Shown here piece after piece: positions 23,422-35,013 of a stretch of DNA of 64,000 nt. The notes below the pieces were generated by a model. The model saw nothing but the letters and a program-made list of their open reading frames with translations. It did no database searches and had not been told where the DNA came from. Source of the DNA: Salisapilia sapeloensis CBS 127946 (Eukaryota > Protista > Oomycota); contig JAADVB010000033.1 in NCBI GenBank assembly GCA_023334545.1, positions 1-64,000 on the forward strand, in the 5' to 3' direction. The position numbers and the translations under genes are program-made. The stretch's first letter is position 1. The number at the start of each line of letters is the position of its first letter.

Positions 23422-24660
23422 TCAATGTCGACTGGAAAACGTACTCGACTGATCGTCACGCACGACGGCGGTCATGTCGAGGAAATCACATAATGCAGTA
23501 CTTGTCTCTGGTGCCATCTCTTGATGCTGAAGGACGTTCGTCAAGTACCGTTCCAACTGGGACTTGCTAGATGATGTTGTCGGCGGTTCATCACATGGTA
23601 GTGGACAGTCCTTTTGTACTGGAGACGGGAGGCGTGTATGCAATGCCTCAAAGTCCTGGTACTGACGTCTGACGTCCCATTGGTCCTCTTCTGCCTGGAT
23701 GACTACCTGGTACGATCGGAAGACTTTCTTCCCCCAGACCGCAGATGACGCCGATGGGATCGAGACGTGGATGATCGCTCGATCGTCACTGTGGGATGCA
23801 TCTACCTCCGTCTCGGGCTGAGAGATTGTCGAGACGGAGTTGACGGGATACTTTTCAAAGAACGAACCGTAGTTGGAGCTGTGGTAATGCCAGTTGGGGT
23901 ACCTTCCTTTCTCTGCATAGTAAGCAGTGGGTGATGTGGGGACGCGTGAGCTTGGAAGCACTTCCTCTGAGACTGGTGTCGACGGCAGTAGCGCACTGAC
24001 GGCCATGACACAGGTGCAGACGTAGACTGGGATGCCGAGCATGATCTCTAAGAACGTAGTCCCGTTGTCGTTTATGGACATCTAGAAAAAATGCTGGTTG
24101 GAATCATACTTTTAAATACAAGATACAGAACGAACGTCACTGAAGAGGAAGAAGTAGGTTGAGAGGATCCATTGGCATCCCCAGAAGAGACGTACTAGGT
24201 GGGAAGGAGTACATCCTCGACGGAACTCTATCCAGAGCACACACGTAGCACCAGTCTACTTATACAGTTAGCTTTGGTGATTAATAAGTGGGGATGAATC
24301 GTACCCATAGGATGCATTGGACTAGTTCTCGACTCCGATGGAGCATTCGTACAGGCGAGTCACTTTTAAGGCACCAATCGCATCGTATCTCTCCAAACGT
24401 CCATTCCGAGAAATAGAGAAGAGAGAGGAAGAAACTGATGGCCAATTTCACACAAAGCTAGTGCAAATGTAAGTGAGGAATGAAGCATTGTAGATTGCAA
24501 GCGTAGATACATCGACGGGGAAGATGAATTCAGAGATACGGGTAGTTGCCTTCGGAAGGAGATGTTTGGCAACGTAGAAACCACCGGCAATGGCAAATAC
24601 GATATCGAGTGAAATCAACGTGCTTGTGGCAATCAGCAGCGACTCGGTCGAGGATTCCAT
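23422..24660 (-). CDS. Multi-pass membrane protein with C-terminal PX domain (3 introns)
   Basis: Hydrophobic exons from 24660 (LLIATSTLISLDIVFAIAGG; LCVKLAISFFLSLLYF; VLWIEFRRG...LVRLFWGCQWIL) splice in frame to the 24081 ORF, which has PX features (YQVVI...WDVRRQYQDFEALHTRL...LERYLTNVL...LCDFL). Confidence 0.68.
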
Positions 24661-24811
24661 GTCCCCCATCACTCGCGGGCGAGAGTTTAATGTCGAATGC
24701 GTTCCGGATGGCTGCAGATCACAAAGATGGGGCGAACCAATCAAGCCCAGTGTATCTTCAATGCATCTATTGACAATTTAAGTTAATGTATGCAATACTC
24801 AATACCATATA

Positions 24812-24884
24812 GCTCCTTTGGCTCAGTTGGTAGAGCGTCAGTCTCATAATCTGAAGGTCGCCAGTTCGAGCCTGGCAGGGAGCA
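24812..24884 (+). tRNA. tRNA-Met (CAT), elongator type
   Basis: Cloverleaf GCTCCTT/AGGGAGC, D arm GCTC/GAGC, anticodon loop CTCATAA with T-T at 31-39, T arm GCCAG-TTCGAGC-CTGGC; T-run terminator follows. Confidence 0.96.
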
Positions 24885-25353
24885 GCTTTTTTATTTTCTT
24901 ATGACATCGCCTTCCCTTTCATCGTTACAAAGGATGGACTTGAATATATATTTTACCTTTACAACAATAGCTTTATCACGCTCTATCGTCAGTATTCTGT
25001 TGTACCCATTATTTCGATAATTCGCTTAGGTTGTGTTCGTAGAGCAGATAATCGGGTATCATGCAAGCAGCATTATGCATTCTGAACAAACACGCAAAAG
25101 CTGTGATAGGAGTGAATACCCAAGTCTTTGGCGGCGCATCCTATGCTAACATCGCTTTCTACTTTTCCTTTTATATCCGCGTATATCGTTCGCTCTTCAG
25201 CCAGGCTTTGGTGAGGAGTGGTGTCGAGCATATCCTCAGAAGCCGTTCAGATTGAAGTGTCATTCGCTTTACTTGCAACATTGAGCTCCTCGTCAATTCA
25301 TTGGGACCGGTACAGTGTGCGTCGCAAATATCGCTCAATTATTTCATCTATAC

Positions 25354-25662
25354 TGTACTACGCCTGCTCCGAAATAATAGCGAAGAGCTCACCGAGTCTT
25401 TCGCGCGCTTTTTTTAAATTTGCACATGTCGAGCACCATACATGCCTTGAAGGCTTCTTGAAGATCATTTCCTCCTGATTTCATCGAAAACGAAAAATCA
25501 TTTGCTGTTGTACTTCTTGTTTGGCGAGAAAGTTATTTTGAAGTGTTTCGCTAGGTTTCTGATGGCAAGTGGCAAACGAAATCGACTATTCTCAGCGAAC
25601 GCGGAATTGCTCGTTTCGACTATCATGAATATAATTGCAAAATGTCCAATTTTACAGAATCG
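25354..25662. repeat. Dispersed repeat, copy 2 (decayed element; may extend about 25050-25760)
   Basis: Homologous to 6-344. One minus-strand frame gives FKKPSRHVWCSTCANLKKARERL amid several stops. Confidence 0.85.
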
Positions 25663-25944
25663 ACATGAGCAAAAACATAGTTTTGATGATTTTAATGAAA
25701 GTTTTTATACGTTATGCGAACCTCTACTAGAAGCTACCTACACTTTTTACAAATGGTAGAATGAAAAGCTAAAGTACAATTTTTACATTCCGAACTTCAT
25801 TTGAATCCAAACTCGGTGGGATAGATGACAGATGTAGCCAAAGAGTTGACCTCGTGAGCTTATTCAGTCATTCTATGGGTTGAAAATCCTTGTAGTGACT
25901 TGACTATCCTAATGAGTATTTACAAGTTGTCAACAAATAAAGTA

Positions 25945-25958
25945 TCATTTCCAATTTC
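25945..25958 (+). promoter_or_regulatory. Oomycete-type Inr + flanking core promoter element
   Basis: TCATTTCCAATTTC, 27 nt before the ATG at 25985; fits the TCATTYBNNNWTTY consensus as I recall it. Confidence 0.55.
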
Positions 25959-25984
25959 GATCGAACTTGCACAAGCTCTCTACA

Positions 25985-27736
25985 ATGGTCAAGCATGAGC
26001 ATACTTGCCAAATCTGCTTCGATTCGGAAGGTGAAGATCCAGCACTTGGTCTACGTTTCGCGACGAAGATATGCTGTGATGAGTGTCCTGCTGTCGTATG
26101 TGAGACTTGCTATGGCGCCTACTTGCTTTCGAGTATGGAAGTAGCATTTCCGGGTGCATTGCCAAGGATTCGCTGTCCAATTTGTCTAGTGCCGCTGGTC
26201 AAGGCTCGCTGGGCTGGGTTCATTGGAATGTGTGAAGAGACACAGTGGATGATAGCTACGTACGAAAATCTATGCAGTTTAAGCTGTTCTTTTCGTACTC
26301 CCTGCTGCGAAAACGCTTCGTATACTCATCTACCATCCGTGCCATATGAACAAGAGTCTGCCAATCAACCTTGGAGCTACGTCGCACTCTTCAATGATGA
26401 AGTGGATGTAGAAGATGTCCAGAAAGACAAGATAAAAGCTCAACTACATGATACGCTGGACAAGTTTTGTCATCATCAGTTGCCTGCACGAGACCTGGTC
26501 AACTTCTTAGACATCAATTTTAATCCAGACGAAAGAAAGCAGATGCTGAACAACGTCACAGGCGCTATGATAGACGATGAACGCCGAGCAGCTCTCCTTT
26601 TGGCTTACCACTACGTCAACAGGAAAGTGTATACTCACTGCTGCAATTATCCTGTATGCTTCAATTGCAAGCGGCGACGTCACAATGATAACCCGTGTCC
26701 ATGTGAAAAAGAGGACGAAGAAGAAGTCCGGGACACGGACATGATTGAATGCCGACAGTGCCACGTGCCACTCGTGAGAGTGGAAGGTTGTAATGACGTC
26801 TCATGTATATGTGGCTTCCGCATGCGGTGGGATACCGAAGTGGACATTGCACAACGAAATCGTCGCGGTATTATTCCTGTGGACGTCTTTGATCGAACGC
26901 TGTATGACCAGTGGAAGCATTGGCACGAAATGTTCCATGAAGAAATTGAACTTCCGCTCCGACAACTACAGTTGAAAATATTGACGACCATCATGGTGAA
27001 GAAGAGGATACCGTTTGCTCATTATATGCAGCGATGGCTGTATAAGCATTGTCTTGCGAGATTATTGACACAGCGGCGGATTGAGATCATCCTGATGAGC
27101 AAGAACGCGAAATCGTCAGCACTACTGGAATCTTTAGGAAGCCAAGTTTGGAAGAACCGCTGTACAGAACGTCTTCGACAGCAGTGTCCATCAATTGAGA
27201 GACTACGGCGATTCACGTGGCAATCCCGCTTCTCATACCATGTCCTCCGTCCGGATGAGCTGTGGCGAACGAGTACTCAACTTTTTCTACAGACAGAGCA
27301 GAAGCGATCATCTGCTTTGGTGGACGCCTTCCGTCGATATGTGTGGTCGTTTCGCTGTACACGAGTGATCGAAAGTCCTCCAGACTTGGGTTTGGAACGG
27401 ATGAACATGCTGCGTAGCATCAGTGAGAAGCCTTTGTTAATTTTTGTGCAGAGGACGATACGAAAGATGTGGCACCATCACTTTACGCTTACATGTCTGG
27501 AGGAAATGAAAATAGTTCGAATCTCAAGGATACAGTCGCTGATGAGTCAAGATACCAAGGATGTCATTCGCAATGGACTACAACGAGGTTTCTGGCGCAT
27601 ACGATTCAAGTGTCAAATCCTACCGGCAATCCGATCCTATCTGCTATTCAATTCATCAAAAATGGATGGTATGCCAGATGAGCTACATGAACTAAAAGAA
27701 TCGATCGCAAGTATGATGGCCATCGAGATCGAATAA
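25985..27736 (+). CDS. RBR (RING-IBR-RING)-type E3 ubiquitin ligase-like protein
   Basis: CQICFD...CCDECPAVVCETC...RCPIC RING; HCCNYPVCFNCKRRRHNDNPC; ECRQCHVPLVRVEGCNDVSCICG RING2-like. Confidence 0.8.
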   Translation: MVKHEHTCQICFDSEGEDPALGLRFATKICCDECPAVVCETCYGAYLLSSMEVAFPGALPRIRCPICLVPLVKARWAGFIGMCEETQWMIATYENLCSLSCSFRTPCCENASYTHLPSVPYEQESANQPWSYVALFNDEVDVEDVQKDKIKAQLHDTLDKFCHHQLPARDLVNFLDINFNPDERKQMLNNVTGAMIDDERRAALLLAYHYVNRKVYTHCCNYPVCFNCKRRRHNDNPCPCEKEDEEEVRDTDMIECRQCHVPLVRVEGCNDVSCICGFRMRWDTEVDIAQRNRRGIIPVDVFDRTLYDQWKHWHEMFHEEIELPLRQLQLKILTTIMVKKRIPFAHYMQRWLYKHCLARLLTQRRIEIILMSKNAKSSALLESLGSQVWKNRCTERLRQQCPSIERLRRFTWQSRFSYHVLRPDELWRTSTQLFLQTEQKRSSALVDAFRRYVWSFRCTRVIESPPDLGLERMNMLRSISEKPLLIFVQRTIRKMWHHHFTLTCLEEMKIVRISRIQSLMSQDTKDVIRNGLQRGFWRIRFKCQILPAIRSYLLFNSSKMDGMPDELHELKESIASMMAIEIE

Positions 27737-27831
27737 GATTTGTTAATTGAAATAGAGTGGTATTCGTCCAATTGTATTAAAAGATGGCAGTTTGTGTAGT
27801 TAAAACACAATTAACGATCTCATTTACGATC

Positions 27832-29048
27832 ATGGAGGTCTTTCGTGTGTCAGCACCGGCCAAGGTCCTTTTATTCGGAGAGCATGCAGTCGTCTATGGG
27901 CATACTTGCATTGCAGCAGCTTTGAGTGACTTGAGACTCATCACGGAACTGGTACGTCTCGATTGTCATTGGATATGATGTAAGCATCCTCATGCCGTCC
28001 CTAGGTGTGCACGTCTCACGGATCGGAGGGATTTACTTTAGAATTTGAGGAACCAGTATCTAAAACAAGTCCTACTCCATTACGACGTACGCTCTCGTTC
28101 GAGCAGTTGCGAGAAGCTTGCAAAGGCTTCGAGTCGGATGAGTTCTACCTCCCGGCCCCAAACCAAGACTTTTTGCGTCAAATGGACGGCCTTGTAGCTG
28201 ATGAAAGTCTAGAGGATGCCAACGCCCTTCGTCCATGCTTGTTTCTCATTTGTGCTCTCTTACGTCACTCTTCTATCTTCCAAGGACATCAGAAGCGTCA
28301 CAATGGCTTGCATCTGACGATCAAGTCGTCCAACTTTCCAATTGGTGCTGGTTTGGGCTCATCTGCTGCTCTCGGCGTGTCCATTACTGGTGCTTTAATC
28401 GAGTACTTACGTCAGTATGAAAAAACTGACCTCCAGAATGACTATGTGACGGTCAACAAGTATGCCTTTGCCTGTGAAGCCATCCTTCACGGCACTCCTT
28501 CTGGCGTAGACAACACTGTCTCGTGCTATGGAGGCGCCCTTAGCTTCACAAAGCTCCCAACACCTTCGTTCCATAGCTTTGCTTCCAATTTAAACGATTT
28601 TCGTTTCCTCATCGTTAACACCAACGTACCCAAGTCTACCAAGCAGCAAGTCGCAAACGTTCGTGCACTCTACGATTCTCAAAAGGAGGAAACGGAAGCC
28701 AAATTCAAAGACATTGATCACATCGGCCAACAGTTCATCGAGTACAGTGCATCTTCCAGCCTAACGGAATCGAAGCTCCAGCATCTTATCGAAACGAACC
28801 ATTCGATCCTATCGGCTCTAGGTGTCAGCCACCCTCGTATCGAAGAAGTCTTGTCAATCTGCCGCAAGTACGGCGTGTCGACGAAACTCACTGGAGCTGG
28901 CGGTGGCGGATGCACCGTCTCGCTACTCCCATCTTCCATCACAAGTGACCAACTAGATGCGATGCAAAAGGAACTACGTGAGCATGGGAACGACTGTTTC
29001 CTCACTAGTGTTGGTGGATCCGGTTACATGATCCACTCGAACGAATAA
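27832..29048 (+). CDS. MVK: Mevalonate kinase (1 intron, 27952-28004)
   Basis: SAPAKVLLFGEHAVVYG, PIGAGLGSSAA, LHGTPSGVDN, KLTGAGGGGC. Confidence 0.95.
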
Positions 29049-29090
29049 AACACCACGAGATAGTCCACAACGATACTTGTTCGTGTTCAT

Positions 29091-32032
29091 TTACTTGTAA
29101 GAAGGTAGAGCCACTTCACACGAATTCACAGTCTTAGCGAAGCGTAAAGAGTTCAGCGTTTCATCTCGGTGCTGAGGAAGTGGAGACAAGTTACAGATCA
29201 TCAACGTCTTGCTGTCTCCTCCAAGCGACGGACTAAGGAGGTGCGTGAGCTTCGAGTCTCGATATGGCACGTGGGATGACTTCTTCGCGAGAGCTGTGAT
29301 GACGTTTCCTAAAGCCGATAGACTCTTGTTAATCGCCTGTGCTTCCTTCAGGAGCTCTGGGTCATGATGACTGCCGCTCTTGGACAGACGCTCGGAGCCT
29401 GCGAGATCTACTAGATGCACTACACCTTGTCTCGTTTCCCCTGTCTCCTCATGTCGTCCTTTGAGACGGAGCGAGATGACGCAGTGACTACGAGACGATC
29501 GGTTATTCATGTTCGTCGTCTTCGTCGCACGTCGCGCCATCGCTCTTCGCATCAACTGCCATGCACCATCTAGTCCAGAGATACTCCGCACACAGTTCTT
29601 GGTCACGCCGACCATCCCTCTCGCATCGTATCGTAGATCCAGCCTCTCGCCATTACTTGACAGCAAGTCTCGAAGGCTTTCATTATAGATCTCAAGCATC
29701 TCCAACGACACATTAAACGTCCATCCACTCGCCTTATACTCCTCGACAGCATCAAAGATGTGGTCGATGGCACGTCCGACGATACCTAGGTTCTGTCCTT
29801 GCTTAGGTGGACTCGCAGAGCTCAAGGCACTTTCCTCTCCAAGCATCGTGTATGTTTTTCCAGATCCAGTCTGTCCATAAGCAAAGATACAGACGTTGTA
29901 GCCGTCAATGGCAGACTGGACGAGTGCTGAAACTTCGAGAAACACTTCTTCTTGACTACTGGCGCTTGGAAAGACCAGGTCGAATTCAAATGGATACTTT
30001 TTAGTAGAACTAGAAGAGGCTCGTTGGCCGTAACTCGGATGAGCAGATGCATCTGCTAGTAACTCTACTTTACGACGTTCACCCTTCCCATCTGGATACT
30101 TGAATATCTACATTGGATAGAGATAAGTAGATGCTCTTGGTAGATTAAGAGGAGAAATATACTTCATTCGTATGTGTCGCTGGTTCAGACGGTAGGACTG
30201 GACGTATACGGCAGAAGACTCGGATGTTACCTTTAAGCTCCATCACCTAGGCTTCTTATAAGTACATGAAACACTTGAGGGTACAAGAATAAATGTACCT
30301 TGTTGTGAAGACTACGACGGATCATCTCAGATATCTGTAGTTTCTCTTCCATGTCCTTGACATGGGATAATGTCGATTCTTTCGTACGTTCCACTTCCTC
30401 CTCTTTCTCACGTAGCTGCTGTGTCAATTGATTCGACGTCAAACCAGACCGTTCAATCGTCGATTGAGCGTCGGACAGTGCCTTGGACAAGTCCTGGATC
30501 TCTTTATCCTTTGTATCCATCTCCTTGAGTCTCTCCTGACATTTGGCTACTTCTTTTTCTGCCATTTGACATCGATGCTGCCACTCTGTAAGTTCTTGAC
30601 GAGCTCGAGACAGCTCTGATGTGAGTTCCTGACCACTAGATGCTTCCGTCTCCTTTGCTTCCAGTAGCTCTTGACAGCGTCTTTCGAGCTGCTCACACTC
30701 GTCCTTTAGCCTGGACACTTGTTCGTCACTGGAACAAGCAGAGGCTCGTAGATCTGCTTTCTCCTTTTCATATTTAGAACACTCAGACGTAAAGTTTGCT
30801 TTCTCTTGTCTTAGTTCGTCCTGGACTTGTGCATGACGACGTTGGATGTCTTGGTACGTGGATTGCAAATCCGCATACGATCGCTCTACTGTGTCTTTCT
30901 CCTTTGCCATGTCTTCCAAAACGGTGGACATGGTATCGACTTGAATCGATTGATCAGATGTAAGAGGTAAACATTGAACAGATTGATCTACGCTTTCTAC
31001 TGCGTCGGATGCTTGGATACCCATCTCAACAGTGTCCACTGTCACTTGTTTCTGACGTTTGGGAGAAGGTGCTTCTACTTCCTGCGACTCGAGAGTTCGG
31101 ATTTTGTTCTCTCGGTCTTGGAGCTGACGCGTGAGCTCATCAATGTGACGACCGAGAGCACTGATCTTTCGATGCTGCCTACCTCCTGTCCCGAGGTCCT
31201 CCTACAACCGTTTAGTCTGATGTGTTTGTACTTGTAGATTGTATAAACGTACATGTTCATCGCGAAGTGTCTCAATGATACGCTTCTGTGTATGCAACTG
31301 AGCTTCGAGTCTTGCTGTTTCATCAAAGTGCTGTCGTCTCCATTTTTCCAATCCCACGACTTGCTTTGCTAACGTCGTTCCGAGGTCAAAAGCTTCTTTG
31401 TATTGCTATCAAATGGATAAGAAAAAGGGTTTTTATATGTATATCGATAGATGATAACTTACTTGTCGATAGGTATGTGCCTGGTCTTCCAGTGATGCAT
31501 TCATGGGCACGGAAGCTGGCTCTTGACGTAAAAATTCTTGTGCCATACTGGATAAATGGGACGCTTTGCGCTTTGGAGCTCGATGCGGTGGCGATGGAAG
31601 AGGTTCATTCATATCTGGAGGTTCAGATGAAGCCGTCTGACCACGTCGAGGAGGTGATATACTCAAGGCAAACATAGAAGAAGGCTTGGAAGGTTTTTTC
31701 GGACGTGAGACGTCTCCTGAGACGGTGAAAAAGCCACCAGCTAAGGCTTCGGGTGGATGTTCTTTGCGTGCTGTAGAGTGAGCAGGTGGTATGTTTGTAT
31801 AGTCGTAGTACTGGTTTCTATCCTCTGCGAACGAGACATTAGATGAGCGTCGAATATTGCGTTGATTGGCGTCCTGCTCCTGTAAAAGAGTCGCCATTTG
31901 GCTGCTCTGTTGCTCGTCCCCTGACGTGCGTTGCTTCTGTGGAGCTCGCATACTTTGAAAATGTTCAAGTATATTGCCTTGCCCAGCTTCATACGACCTG
32001 TTTCCTGATGGAGGTCGATAGGCTCGGACCAT
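29091..32032 (-). CDS. Kinesin-14 (C-terminal motor, KAR3/NCD/KIFC1-like), multi-exon
   Basis: Motor motifs NVCIFAYGQTGSGKTYTM, NNRSSRSH, LVDLAGSER, HVPYRDSKLT. ORF pieces 31433-32050, 31075-31326 and 30233-31045 join through GT-AG introns (YRQ|QYKEAF, DEH|EDLGT). The 5' end may extend further. Confidence 0.88.
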
Positions 32033-32680
32033 TGCGTCTACTTCGTTCAAAGCTTTTTCCCGCCGAGTTCGTGTTTCAAAGGTGATGTACCATACGTGTA
32101 CCGGTACAGGGTATTAATTTAGTAATCAACAACGATGACAGGTATACTTCAACTATCGTTCGTCACACTTCAAGGAAACCTGTGGGGATCTTTCTTTATG
32201 GCTTGGAGCTACATATGCATTGCTTCGATTAAAGTATTGTTGTGTATGAGAGGTTTTGTTGGCAGTGGTGATTGGCAGTCTGTGCTTGCTGCTTGTGTTT
32301 GATGTCTGGTAACTTGGACATAGTATTCGATGGTATAATTGAAGCTCTATCTCTCCAAGAGAAAAACGAAGAGGGAATTAGCTGTTATTTTTAATTGTTA
32401 ATGCAGTAAAAGAAGGAATATTTCTAGTAGTCAGCATACATGTAGATTTTAGAAAGAAGGAATGATAGAAAGAAAGTTTGCAACTCATAAGATGACAAAC
32501 AAAACTTTCCATCTCCACAGCTTTCCATCCTTCCACCAGTCTTTAGGAAACGACAGTCGATGGCAACGGTACTAAAAGCATCAGAAAATCTATATAAACA
32601 GCTAGAAGATGATGATTATAAAAAAACAAGTCCATACATATCACTTAAAAAGCCAAAAGCATCGTTGTTTGCTGCTTTAT

Positions 32681-33664
32681 CTACTTGCGTTGGGGACGAG
32701 CAGCGGCATCCGTGCCGGTTAGACGCTTGTAGATGAGGTCCATCTGATCCGTCACGAGTTCGTACGATCCACTTGCTTCCAATCCACGGTGCACTTGTTC
32801 ATTCAGTCCACCTGGCGTCGCAGCCTCTTCAGCCATTTCGCCAAAAGCTTCTTGGGACTCGAATCCAGCCTGTGACAAGGCTTGGAAGAAGGACGCGACG
32901 TAGTCTCTCGCTGGTTTTTCATCTATATTCTCGAAAATTTAGCGTATATCCTACTTATACAATAAAAGAGTACATACCAACACCGTTGTTGACACACCAC
33001 TTTTGCGCATGATCGCAAGTGGCATACAAGAAGCTAATCAATGCCGTCATACTCGTCTAAAACCATCACTTAGTTCATGTCTAGAGATCAGGATAGTATA
33101 CAAATTACCATTGTCGTTATCTCTTCTTCCGTGTCAACCATGACAGGTGTGCCAATGTGAGATAGCAAATCCTTGACAGAGTCGTTGGGCGGGAAGGCGA
33201 TGATCGGACCAGCACGCTTGGAAGCGCTAGGCAGAGGCACACACCGGACGACATTTTCGCTGGGCAGCTGCACCAAGCGCAGAAGTTCGTCGTACGGGAT
33301 CGTCGCCATCATCGAGATGACGACTTTCGAAGGAGAGAAGCGGAGGGATGGCAAGAGCTATAGATGATACATGAGCTGGTGATGACCATGGATAGGATAC
33401 AGACAAACGTACGTCACGAGCGACATCAGGCAGGAGACCGATGAAGACCACGTCGCTCTGGTCAATGATCTCCTGGTTGTTCTCATTGATCGAGACACGG
33501 CCGGGGAACTTGGCAGCCAATGCGTCAGCCTTGGCTTTCGTGCGAGCGGATACAGTCACATGGCGTGGTTGCCATCCGCCTTCACTGCAGAAACCGGTCA
33601 TGACTGCATTGCCGATCTTGCCTGTACCGAGCAAACCGAGCGAAAGGTCCGAGTTGGAAGACAT
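32681..33664 (-). CDS. proC: Pyrroline-5-carboxylate reductase (3 introns)
   Basis: Rossmann LGLLGTGKIG, NQEIIDQSDVVFIGL, VISMMA, VVRCVPLP, C-terminal ATPGGLNEQV. Confidence 0.82.
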
Positions 33665-33886
33665 ATTTATGATTGTCGACGTGAGGTCTTGGAGGTGAAT
33701 GAATTAATGCTATCAAAAAATTCGAGTTGCGTGTACTTCGACATGGTACTTGTAGAAAAACTTACATTTCCATGGTATGATCAACCATTCTTTCTGTATG
33801 AAATATTTACAATATGTTTCTATGATAGAAAAATTACCAAATAGTACCGCAATGTTAAATACGTATGAATCTCAGTCTTTCTGCTC

Positions 33887-33919
33887 GATTGGACGAAAGT
33901 ATGAAAGTTTCTACCAATC
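33887..33919. promoter_or_regulatory. Inverted pair of extended CCAAT boxes in the proC/ABHD13 divergent promoter
   Basis: GATTGGACGAAA at 33887 (+) and GATTGGTAGAAA at 33919-33908 (-). Confidence 0.55.
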
Positions 33920-33958
33920 ATGAAACCGACGTAAAGTCGAGTATGTATCGAACAAAAC

Positions 33959-34987
33959 ATGGAGGAATGGAGCTCGAGTATGACCTCATGGCTGGTGAAT
34001 ACCGTCTATGCAGGTGGTTCATTAGTAGCTGGTGCAGTCTTTCTGCTCTATATGTACCAGGATAAACTCCTGTACATTCCAGACATGCCTCATCGTAGTT
34101 TAAAGGAGAATCCAGAGGGGTATCGTCACCCAGGTGAGATCGGCGTAGAGTATGACGATCTCAAGATCCCAACTGCCGACGGGACTAAAATCCACGCTTG
34201 GCTGTTAAAGCAGCCCGACCATACGGCGCAACCAACGCTCCTGTTTTTCCACGGTAATGCTGGCAACATTGGCTTTCGTTTGCCTAATGCCATGCTCTTG
34301 TATCGGCACCTTCGATGCAACATTCTTTTAGTCGAATATCGTGGCTTTGGCGACAGTCAAGGCACGCCAACGGAGCACGGTCTAAAGCTCGATGCAGAAG
34401 CTGCATTGGAGTATATGATACAGCGAAAAGACATGGACAAGTCGAAACTAGTGCTCTACGGACGATCTTTAGGTGGGGCTGTCGCTGCCCACTTGGCGTC
34501 CGTCGCACACGACAAGGTCGCTGGTGTGATTCTAGAAAATACGTTCCGAAGTATATCTTCCATGGTCGATTCGCTCATGCCGTTCCTACGGTATGTCAAG
34601 CCTCTCGTCCTGCGCATTGGATGGAACACGGAAGCGGCTGTGCCTCACTTGCCTCAGCCGATGTTGTTCCTGTCCGGTGCGTTGGACGAGATCGTCCCTC
34701 CTACTCACATGGACAAGCTTTATGCCTTGGCAAAGAACCGTCCTGGTCATCCCCTCACCCAATGGCATCGTGTCGCCAATGGAACACATAACGACACATG
34801 GCTTCGTGGTAAGAAGCCGTATCTCGAGTCCATTTCATCGTTCTTAGACGCCATCCAGGCGTCTAGCACATCGCCAACATGTCCTGAGACAGAGTACGTT
34901 GCATCCGAAGGCCATCATATCCCGACGACGCATAAACAACCTCTTTTAAACCCTTTCCATCAGATCAAATCAACCAAAACGGAATAA
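33959..34987 (+). CDS. ABHD13: Alpha/beta hydrolase ABHD13/BEM46 family
   Basis: N-terminal TM, LYMYQDKLLY, FFHGNAGNIG, VEYRGFGDSQGTPTE, YGRSLGG nucleophile, DEIVP, THND. Confidence 0.88.
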   Translation: MEEWSSSMTSWLVNTVYAGGSLVAGAVFLLYMYQDKLLYIPDMPHRSLKENPEGYRHPGEIGVEYDDLKIPTADGTKIHAWLLKQPDHTAQPTLLFFHGNAGNIGFRLPNAMLLYRHLRCNILLVEYRGFGDSQGTPTEHGLKLDAEAALEYMIQRKDMDKSKLVLYGRSLGGAVAAHLASVAHDKVAGVILENTFRSISSMVDSLMPFLRYVKPLVLRIGWNTEAAVPHLPQPMLFLSGALDEIVPPTHMDKLYALAKNRPGHPLTQWHRVANGTHNDTWLRGKKPYLESISSFLDAIQASSTSPTCPETEYVASEGHHIPTTHKQPLLNPFHQIKSTKTE

Positions 34988-35013
34988 AACATAAGCACTC
35001 GTTCCTTCTATTA

